NCBI GenBank assembly: GCA_051251855.1
Contig: JBPOGI010000001.1
Span: 1,280,001 to 1,344,000, forward strand
Length of the DNA: 64,000 nucleotides
Direction: 5' to 3'
Source of the DNA: Roseibacillus sp.
GTDB lineage: Bacteria > Verrucomicrobiota > Verrucomicrobiia > Verrucomicrobiales > Akkermansiaceae
The position numbers and the translations under genes are program-made. The notes beneath the pieces are model-generated. The model saw only the letters and a list, made by a program, of their open reading frames with translations, had not been told where the DNA came from and ran no database searches. Of the stretch, positions 57,094-64,000 are shown piece by piece; the first letter of the stretch is position 1, and every line of letters starts with the position of its first letter.

Positions 57094-59115
57094 CTAGAGC
57101 TTTTTCAACCCGTAGCTGTAACCCATTTGTTTTAAAGCCTTTGTTAATTGCTCCTTTGTCGGACCGAACCTGCCGACTTGCTCTTCGTTGAGACCCAAAC
57201 GCGCGAGTCTACGTGAAAATGTCTCGGCCTTCGCTCGCAGTGGAGAATCTTTCGCGACCAGGCGTTCTTTAAAGTAAAGAAGCTGTGTTTTGTCGCTCTC
57301 GGCGTCAAAAACCCTGATAAAAAGGCGACGAAGGTCGATTTTGATCCGAGTCTTCATTTCAGGCAGGTTGAATCGCTCAAAACCCTTGTAGGTTTGGAGA
57401 GTCAACTTTCCCGATGTCGTGTGAATTTTAAACACATCGATATCGCTGAGATCTCCATAAAGCATCCCTCCACATCCCACATAAACTCGCAGCAAGGCGG
57501 GCAATTTATCGAGTAGAGAGTGATGAAAAAGGAAGTGTCCTTCATCATCATCATAATAGCCGAAATTCAAGTTTTCGACAGCAATCTCCAGCTCCATAGG
57601 ATCGCCTGCTGAAAAAAGGAGGTCTCTTGCTTGGTCACAGGCCTCCGAATAGCTCGGGAAGAAGGCCTTGATATCCCGTCTCAACCCCGGAGAAAGTTTA
57701 GCAATCGGAGTTCTTCTCTTTTTGAACTCCTCCTCGGCTAAATAAACCAAAAGATCTTCGACTCTTCTCGCTCGGCGTTCCTCGATGACTTCGAAACCAT
57801 ATTTGTCCTCGAATAATGCAGCCGCACGAGGAATGGATTTGCAAACTTTGCGAACTTCGTCAGTCCGCTCATACTCATCGCGGTGGGGTAGACGCGCCAA
57901 CTCGAGGTAGCTTTTCCAGAAATCATCGAGAAGCTCTTTATTCTTCTCGTAGGTCGAAAGACGCGGTTTGCGCTCTTTTGGACTAGGAGCACCAAACCCC
58001 AAGCGGGTTGCTAAGGCATCCCAATCTATCACACGACGACTACGTTTTGCCAGATAATCTTGCTGGTCTTCATTATTGCGAAAAACAAAAAAGACACCGG
58101 GAGCGGCAGCCACTGCATCTTTATGCAAGGCTGTTTCAATAAACGCTTGAAGCTCGGCCTGCTCGAAATACTTCTGGAACGTATTCGAGTTGGTTATCAC
58201 TCCGTCACCGTAAGACTTCGCATTGGCGTAGGAGTCTCCGCCCCTCACCATCGCAGAGACAACAAGAAGTCGTTCAGTGAAATCCCATGCCTTAAAAAGA
58301 GTTTCTACCCTTTCAGCAGGATCTTCGATTACGTTGATAACGTAGCCTAAATTCACGAAGTCTGCCTTCCTAAGCTCTCCTTCCGGACGATGAACTGGAT
58401 CCCAGGCAGCAACGTTATGACCAAGATTCTCTAGCCCTTTCACATCGGCGCCATGTCCGCACCCGTAGTCAAGGACAGTGGATTTGTTTTGTAAAAACTC
58501 GGACTGCAGAAGCATTTTAATCGGCTTCGAAAAGTCATAGCGAATCATCGCAGTTTTGTGCCTGTCTACCTCAATATCCGGCGACGCCTTCTCACCCTTC
58601 TTCTCTGTATGAAGAAGCTCATGGCCTACAACAGACAAGCCTTTGGATAAAAGAAGCTCTTCCCAGTTTTTTCGAAAGCCAATTATTCGGGGATTCTCGT
58701 AAAGTCCTGCTTCTTCCTCTGCCCGTGTTAGCTGACGAAATTTCGCTGCGTCTGGATGACCTTGAATTAGAAACTCTTCCTTACGGTGAAGAAGGGGAGG
58801 ATTGCCACGTTGATCGAAACTAGCGGTCTTAGCTTTACCTGTGGCTAGGTCGACAAGAATCGACTTCAGGAGAACAGGATGAGCGATATCGAAAAACTCA
58901 GGATACGCTAAAAGACTGACCTTGAACTGGGCCTTGTGAAGCTTGAGAACATTAAACTCATCCTCCACTGAGAGCATTTGTACAACCTTGGTGACTAGAT
59001 CTTTCAGCTCTTCACCTAGTTCCTCGATACCCTCACGGTGAACGTAGACCGCATCAGGCAATTTCTTCCCAAACCCCAGGTTTCCTAAAACCTTTTTATA
59101 TTCGAGGAACGTCAT
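57094..59115 (-). CDS. DNA phosphorothioation-associated putative methyltransferase (TIGR04096-like)
   Basis: GKKLPDAVYVH, NPPLLHRKE, RHKTA, LDYGCGHG (SAM motif), VNLGYVINVIEDPAER, TFQKYFEQAEL. Confidence 0.88.
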   Translation of the reverse strand: MTFLEYKKVLGNLGFGKKLPDAVYVHREGIEELGEELKDLVTKVVQMLSVEDEFNVLKLHKAQFKVSLLAYPEFFDIAHPVLLKSILVDLATGKAKTASFDQRGNPPLLHRKEEFLIQGHPDAAKFRQLTRAEEEAGLYENPRIIGFRKNWEELLLSKGLSVVGHELLHTEKKGEKASPDIEVDRHKTAMIRYDFSKPIKMLLQSEFLQNKSTVLDYGCGHGADVKGLENLGHNVAAWDPVHRPEGELRKADFVNLGYVINVIEDPAERVETLFKAWDFTERLLVVSAMVRGGDSYANAKSYGDGVITNSNTFQKYFEQAELQAFIETALHKDAVAAAPGVFFVFRNNEDQQDYLAKRSRRVIDWDALATRLGFGAPSPKERKPRLSTYEKNKELLDDFWKSYLELARLPHRDEYERTDEVRKVCKSIPRAAALFEDKYGFEVIEERRARRVEDLLVYLAEEEFKKRRTPIAKLSPGLRRDIKAFFPSYSEACDQARDLLFSAGDPMELEIAVENLNFGYYDDDEGHFLFHHSLLDKLPALLRVYVGCGGMLYGDLSDIDVFKIHTTSGKLTLQTYKGFERFNLPEMKTRIKIDLRRLFIRVFDAESDKTQLLYFKERLVAKDSPLRAKAETFSRRLARLGLNEEQVGRFGPTKEQLTKALKQMGYSYGLKKL

Positions 59116-59120
59116 CGGGG

Positions 59121-59150
59121 ACCTTATGTCAAAGACAATTCAATTCTCAA
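59121..59150 (-). promoter_or_regulatory. Sigma70-like promoter of the methyltransferase, likely leaderless
   Basis: Minus strand TTGAGA-18bp-TAAGGT, 5 nt before the ATG. Confidence 0.4.
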
Positions 59151-59513
59151 GGAGGAAAGCCCCAACGCCCTGACAGAAAATAAAATATGACTGATAGCGA
59201 GAACCCTGAGACTATTCCAAGCCGCACTTCTTCAAGTGCCCCCCCTTTTGATGCCCGACGCTCTAACGGTGAAGCCGAGCTCCTCAGCCTGTCTGAACAG
59301 CCTCTGCTACCGCCGAACGAAGAGGCCTATTCACCAGATCCCGCTGCTCTTGAGTGGCGGTCGCAGCAACTACTGACTGGATAAAGGTGCCGCTGCACCC
59401 TCCTCTTGCTCTCGCTCATTTGACAGACGTATTATAATCTGTCCTCACAGTAAAAGTAGAGCCCCAAAAAACAAAAGTTACAGGATGAGGTTAAACTGTC
59501 TTTTCATTTTATC

Positions 59514-59542
59514 TTGACACTTTGTAATGTGCGGGGTAGGGT
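59514..59542 (+). promoter_or_regulatory. Sigma70-like promoter, likely leaderless
   Basis: TTGACA-17bp-TAGGGT, 6 nt before GTG 59549. Confidence 0.55.
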
Positions 59543-59548
59543 GATGCT

Positions 59549-59998
59549 GTGCCGATTCCCCCTTCTTCTCCTGAACACGCCCTCCGCGTTCCACAAAAAC
59601 TCTCCTCAATTCTCTCGAACGCGCGGTATGCGCATCACCCCTTTCGCCGGGGTCAACTTCAGGAATTTGTCCAAATCGTTCCTGAGCTGACTTCGTTGCC
59701 CGAGCCCTCTTTTTCGAGTGCCCTGCGCCAAATCGAGCATCTTGTTCAGGAGCACGGAAACACCTGCTCCGGTTGCTATGGCAACGGACTCGCCTATCTC
59801 GTTCAACTCATTTGGAGCCGCCCTCACGAGGCTCACTACTGGCCTCACTATCTTGAACTTTGGGAGACCTACGTTCACCGCCGATCCTCTGGCCAAGAAG
59901 AGCGCCAAGCCCGGTTAGAGAGGATGGATCAACTCTTCTCGGATGCCGAGTCTCAGTCCCACTCTTCTCGAAACGAGCCCAGCCTGATCAGCCTCTAG
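59549..59998 (+). CDS. Hypothetical protein (CxxC motif)
   Basis: Follows the promoter; TCSGCYG; 10 bp before the next gene. Confidence 0.6.
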   Translation: MPIPPSSPEHALRVPQKLSSILSNARYAHHPFRRGQLQEFVQIVPELTSLPEPSFSSALRQIEHLVQEHGNTCSGCYGNGLAYLVQLIWSRPHEAHYWPHYLELWETYVHRRSSGQEERQARLERMDQLFSDAESQSHSSRNEPSLISL

Positions 59999-60008
59999 CA
60001 CCACGACC

Positions 60009-60500
60009 ATGATCTCCCTCCTTCTCTTCCTCGATATCGATGGCGTTCTCAACAAGGCTGGCTGCTTGACTAACGAGCCTCACTTTGAGCCCTCCTGCGT
60101 CGCGGCCCTCAAGCGGCTCATCAAGTTTCCAGACACCCGTATTGTGATGACGACCAGTTGGCGTCGAGGAATCTCCACGGAGAGCTTTGGCGAGCTTCTC
60201 GCCGAGCAAGGCATTGACAGCCCTGTCATCGGGAAGACTCCCTACCTCACTACTCGCTGGGACGAACAGGAAGACACCGGTCGAGGCCATGAGATCCAAG
60301 CATGGCTCGAAGAGAATCCCCTCCCTCCTTTTGATCCAGCCAGAGAGGATGCCATCCTCATCCTTGAAGACCAAGAAGACCTCGGCCCCGTTCGCAACCG
60401 TGCTTACTACACCAATCCCGATACCGGACTCACCGCCAGCGACATTCCAAAGATCGCCCGACTCCTCTCATCCCAATATTCTCAGAATTTCTATGCCTAA
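60009..60500 (+). CDS. HAD-superfamily protein (Swiss Army Knife RNA-repair-like HAD domain)
   Basis: LFLDIDGVLN, IVMTTSWR, RGHEIQAWL, ILED..D, GLT. Confidence 0.85.
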   Translation: MISLLLFLDIDGVLNKAGCLTNEPHFEPSCVAALKRLIKFPDTRIVMTTSWRRGISTESFGELLAEQGIDSPVIGKTPYLTTRWDEQEDTGRGHEIQAWLEENPLPPFDPAREDAILILEDQEDLGPVRNRAYYTNPDTGLTASDIPKIARLLSSQYSQNFYA

Positions 60501-60933
60501 CAACTCTGATACCACCAGCGACTTCTCCGAGAAGTTCCATCCGCTCTCCCGTGAAGAGAAAAAAGCCGTTCCCCTTCCTCCTCTCATCGAATTTACAGGT
60601 CGCGATTCTTCTCACGGTAAACTCCACCGCCTTCATTACAAACTGATGCGCGGCCGCAGAAACATCACCTGCATGGGTCTCCACCCCAACGAAGCACCGG
60701 GAGTTGGCAAATTCATTGTCCCCAGAAAAACCATTCGACAACGCTGCCTCATCAACAGCGCAAGAGCGAACAACCTGACCCACGAACTCACCTGCAGCCA
60801 AAAGGGCTGCCACAATGCACCCGAGGGTCAGTGGCTGCTCAAGACCATCTCCGATTCTTCTCTCCTTCCACTCGATGCGGGCAGCGAATCATCCACCTAC
60901 ACCAATGCGCGACATGAACTCAAACACCTCTGA
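60493..60933 (+). CDS. Hypothetical protein
   Basis: ATG 60493 overlaps the end of the HAD gene; C-terminal part of track ORF 60187. Confidence 0.55.
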   Translation: MPNNSDTTSDFSEKFHPLSREEKKAVPLPPLIEFTGRDSSHGKLHRLHYKLMRGRRNITCMGLHPNEAPGVGKFIVPRKTIRQRCLINSARANNLTHELTCSQKGCHNAPEGQWLLKTISDSSLLPLDAGSESSTYTNARHELKHL

Positions 60934-61372
60934 TCCACCTGAGCCTTCCGCGACCCCCAGCGATTCCTCCCCAGGAAATGATTTCGAGGCCTCTTTCCAA
61001 AAGGAAGTCAATGTCCCCCAGCTGGAGTTCGACACCCTAGAGCTCGACTACATGCTGACTCACACCTCCGGCCCTCAAATTTTCCGCGCCATCGTTCACT
61101 ACTACTATCAGCGCGAACTCACCCAGAACGGGACCCAAGAGCTCCCTCTCATTCGAGCCGGAGCCGTTCTCACCCCCGCCGACTACCCCCTCCAGTCCAA
61201 CCATACAAAACCCATTCACCACCTGGGTCATCAGCGCTTCTTCGATCTCGACCTCCTCCCCGAGCCCCTCGATGCCGGCGAGAACACTATCGAATGGATC
61301 AAAATCAACCGCGACCATACCGACCTCCTCGATCGCGATGAACTCGACCTCAGCGACATCTTTTCCACATAA
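60914..61372 (+). CDS. Hypothetical acidic protein
   Basis: Host-like codon usage, operon-like spacing; start uncertain. Confidence 0.55.
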   Translation: MNSNTSDPPEPSATPSDSSPGNDFEASFQKEVNVPQLEFDTLELDYMLTHTSGPQIFRAIVHYYYQRELTQNGTQELPLIRAGAVLTPADYPLQSNHTKPIHHLGHQRFFDLDLLPEPLDAGENTIEWIKINRDHTDLLDRDELDLSDIFST

Positions 61373-61401
61373 CTCACAACTCACAACTCACAACTCACAA
61401 C
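61371..61401 (+). repeat. Heptamer tandem repeat (AACTCAC)x4 plus AAC
   Basis: Fills the interval between stop 61372 and start 61402. Confidence 0.9.
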
Positions 61402-61797
61402 GTGCCCCAACTCATTCGCCATATCGACGAAATCGCTCGCCAAAAGCAGCGGGACGTCATCTTCCTCAGCTTCTCGAACAACGAATGGTCCGCCCCTAAC
61501 AAGACTGCTCGCCAAGAGGCCGTCACCTGGTTGGAGGCCCACACCATCCCCTACGAGCCCTGCGGCCTCATGGCCAACGAGCATTGTATGCCCAGCTACG
61601 AAGGACATCTCTACCTCGATATTCCACCTGCTCAAGACAACCCCCTCTTCCAAAAAATCCTCGCCCACTTCGAGCACGAGGACGGCAGCAGCAAATTCCC
61701 CCACACCCTCATCTACTCCATGGACCTCGCCATGGCCCTCAAAAACAAACACCACGACGAACCCGGCTTCTGGGAACGCCAAGCTGAGAACTTCTAG
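61402..61797 (+). CDS. Hypothetical protein
   Basis: MPQLIRHIDEIARQKQRDVIFLSF, YEGHLYLDIP, HHDEPGFWE; clean ORF with coding-like codon bias. Confidence 0.75.
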   Translation: MPQLIRHIDEIARQKQRDVIFLSFSNNEWSAPNKTARQEAVTWLEAHTIPYEPCGLMANEHCMPSYEGHLYLDIPPAQDNPLFQKILAHFEHEDGSSKFPHTLIYSMDLAMALKNKHHDEPGFWERQAENF

Positions 61798-61841
61798 CAT
61801 CAAGCGCCCCCCAGTGGCGGATAAACTTCAACATATCCGCC

Positions 61842-61907
61842 ATGACCAACTCATCCCTTTGGCAGCATCCTGACTTTCCCTCGTTCTACTGGAATGAGTA
61901 TGCCTAG
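61842..61907 (+). pseudogene. Possible N-terminal remnant of a DUF4172/Fic-family gene
   Basis: MTNSSLWQHPDFPSFYWNEYA* resembles the WQxPDWPxFxW start of that family. Confidence 0.4.
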
Positions 61908-62036
61908 AGCATCCAATTTAGCCTAGAAATCGCCCCACAAGGTCAAACAATTTCGGCAAAAGAGAATTGAACACCATCAACGGAATATCCAACATCCTCA
62001 CAGAATTAGTAGAGACCTCCCCCAAGAAATTAAGAC

Positions 62037-63788
62037 ATGCCCCCTGAATCCGAAAAAACTGAAACCGAAGCCAACACTTTACTAAGGTCCAAGGCCTATG
62101 AAATCCTAGAAAGTTTCTTAAAGAAGACTGATGAGTGTACAAAAACTGTTCTAGCTTCCAACGGTAATGAAAGAGCAATCTCATTAAAACTCAAACGTGA
62201 TGGCGACACAGATGAGCTTTCTAAATCGACTCACGGAGACATCCACACTTATACAGCCTTGGTAGGGTCAGACACCTTAACTGGCAGTGAACAAACGTTC
62301 GAAATCAAATTTCGAACCCTGTTTTCGGAAGGACTTTGTAAATTCTCGCTCTATAGTCCAACACTCGGAATCAACCATCCTGAAGCTTACGAGTGCCTCA
62401 CAATCGATTCGGAAAAGGCTCTATTCGACCTTGGAGATTTTAATTCAATTAGCGGAGCAACCAAAAACCGTAGTGAATATTACTCCGAGATCTTCGAAAG
62501 AGCATTTGGCAAAACACGCTTCAAAATTGATGAAGAAAACAAAGTCACCTACTCTGAGAGTAATGAAGCAACCGGAGATGCCGTAGCTGACAAAGATAGA
62601 TTCCTCGATCTACTTGCTTTCATAGTTTTCAGGAGGTCTCTGATTAAAAGCAATGAGAGTCATTGGCTTGGTGAAAAATTTCTGAGCAACTGGGAAGGTT
62701 TTCTAGAAAAAGACAAAAGCAGGGGAAAAATAGCAGTCAACGGCAATGCAGAAACAACCCTAAGTGCTACTCTTATAAATAAGGGACTCGTTTTCTCACC
62801 ACCCGACTTGGAAAGGATTGTTCGGGCATACAACTCAGGAAAGCACATCATTCTCTCTGGGGCACCAGGATGCGGAAAGACAGAATTGGCGGAGTGCATC
62901 GCCATAGCCGCAGGAAAAGAAAAGGAGTCTATAACCTGTACCGCAAGCCCCAGTTGGACCTCTGACGACCTGATCGGGAGATATCTCCCTTCCCCTGATG
63001 GAAAGGGTCTCGATTTTGCGGAAGGCTTCCTCCTAAAAGCACTTAAGAAACAAGACAACATCCTCATCATCGATGAGATCAACCGATGTGATTTGGATTC
63101 CTGTTTCGGAGAACTATTTACGGTTCTCTCGGGCAAGACAGCAAGACTCCCCTTTAAGATGAAGGCTGACGGCGAGTATGCTGACATCAGAATCGTCCCC
63201 TCTGGAAAGGCCTCCACGACGTCTGAGACCATTGACTACCCTGTAAGCGAACATTTCCGTATCATCGGGACAATGAACAACTACGACCGCTCACGACTTC
63301 ATCAGTTTTCCAACGCTCTGAAAAGGCGCTTCTGTATTATTCAACTTTCGCCACCAGAAAAAAGCGTCCAAATTGATCTCATCAGGGGCTGGCTTAACTA
63401 CACACCGGAAGGACTCCCGAACTACTGGAAGCAACTTTTCGTCGAAGAGCAGTCTCTACTTGATTCCCAATGCGTCACGCTAGCAATTATCAAAGACGCC
63501 TGCAAATACGCCCTTGACGAAAAAGACGCTATCGGAAACAGGATGCTCGAGGCACACCAAACAGCACTCGCTGATGCTCTCGCTCTATTTATTATTCCAA
63601 ATATTGATCCAGAGCAACCTGGCGTTGACCTGAAAATGGCTTGGAACAGTATTAGGGCGGCTTTCAAAGACAACAAAACGGAACAAGAAACCATCCAAGA
63701 AGCCTTTAAGCATACTGACTGGTATGAAAACGCAGATGATTTTCATCCCGGAATCTCCGCAGCCATCACCAACTGGGACGCTCTGTAG
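62037..63788 (+). CDS. McrB-like AAA+ GTPase
   Basis: GAPGCGKT, IIDEINR, FGE, IIGTMNNYD (NxxD), ALKRRF. Confidence 0.88.
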   Translation: MPPESEKTETEANTLLRSKAYEILESFLKKTDECTKTVLASNGNERAISLKLKRDGDTDELSKSTHGDIHTYTALVGSDTLTGSEQTFEIKFRTLFSEGLCKFSLYSPTLGINHPEAYECLTIDSEKALFDLGDFNSISGATKNRSEYYSEIFERAFGKTRFKIDEENKVTYSESNEATGDAVADKDRFLDLLAFIVFRRSLIKSNESHWLGEKFLSNWEGFLEKDKSRGKIAVNGNAETTLSATLINKGLVFSPPDLERIVRAYNSGKHIILSGAPGCGKTELAECIAIAAGKEKESITCTASPSWTSDDLIGRYLPSPDGKGLDFAEGFLLKALKKQDNILIIDEINRCDLDSCFGELFTVLSGKTARLPFKMKADGEYADIRIVPSGKASTTSETIDYPVSEHFRIIGTMNNYDRSRLHQFSNALKRRFCIIQLSPPEKSVQIDLIRGWLNYTPEGLPNYWKQLFVEEQSLLDSQCVTLAIIKDACKYALDEKDAIGNRMLEAHQTALADALALFIIPNIDPEQPGVDLKMAWNSIRAAFKDNKTEQETIQEAFKHTDWYENADDFHPGISAAITNWDAL

Positions 63789-63799
63789 GACCAATTTGG

Positions 63800-64000
63800 A
63801 TGAACAGTGAAGAACTAGCACAGAAGGAGAAAGACCTTTTTTTGGACCTAAGCAGATGGCTCATTTTAGAAGCCACAGTGACGGGAAAAAGTAGAATCAC
63901 ATGGCTCAGATTCTTCCTTGCGCATTGTGTTGATGAAGTCTCGCTCGATCTCGAGAAGGAGTTGATAAGAGCGTTCAAAATAGTGCACCCAATCTTCCTT
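63800..64000 (+). CDS. Partial CDS running off the right edge; possible McrC-like partner
   Basis: ATG 11 bp after the McrB-like stop, open for 67 codons (MNSEELAQKEKDLFLDLSRWL); identity inferred from position only. Confidence 0.5.
   Translation, partial: MNSEELAQKEKDLFLDLSRWLILEATVTGKSRITWLRFFLAHCVDEVSLDLEKELIRAFKIVHPIFL

Larger units (their letters stand above)
29041..64000. mobile_element. Genomic island integrated at tRNA-Cys; right end not seen in the window
   Basis: tRNA 3' fragment, integrase, Xis-like gene, replication module and defence-type cargo; no second att copy noticed by eye. Confidence 0.8.

Noticed and set aside
59187..59384. 65-aa ORF
   Set aside because: Low-complexity Pro/Ser-rich sequence with no motif; cannot confirm it is coding

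Overview
Probably Verrucomicrobia DNA, judged from PEP-CTERM, Verru_Chthon-like, sulfatase and beta-helical secreted proteins. The window has two halves. 1-29 kb is a polysaccharide-use and cell-surface region: a partial sensor protein running off the left edge, a sialate O-acetylesterase fusion, GH97, two sulfatases, a lyase-like gene and large secreted proteins. Three promoters there share a 22-bp motif, and a decayed RAYT/Y1 transposase has direct-repeat end motifs interleaved with cargo genes. From 29,041 to the right edge is an island integrated at a tRNA-Cys 3' fragment. It carries an integrase, a Xis-like gene, a family A DNA polymerase module with TGACA repeats, an AddAB-like pair and a NERD-helicase. 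It also has a ~13-kb minus-strand cluster: PT-associated methyltransferase, RHH-like regulator, SspABCD-like phosphorothioation genes, then an SF2 helicase, a MORC/GHKL ATPase and a PLD-like nuclease, with no recognisable SspE. Small phage-like ORFs and an McrB-like GTPase follow. The Ssp-like cluster with its helicase-MORC-PLD trio is the best candidate for a new system. All family assignments come from reading motifs by eye; no database search was run.
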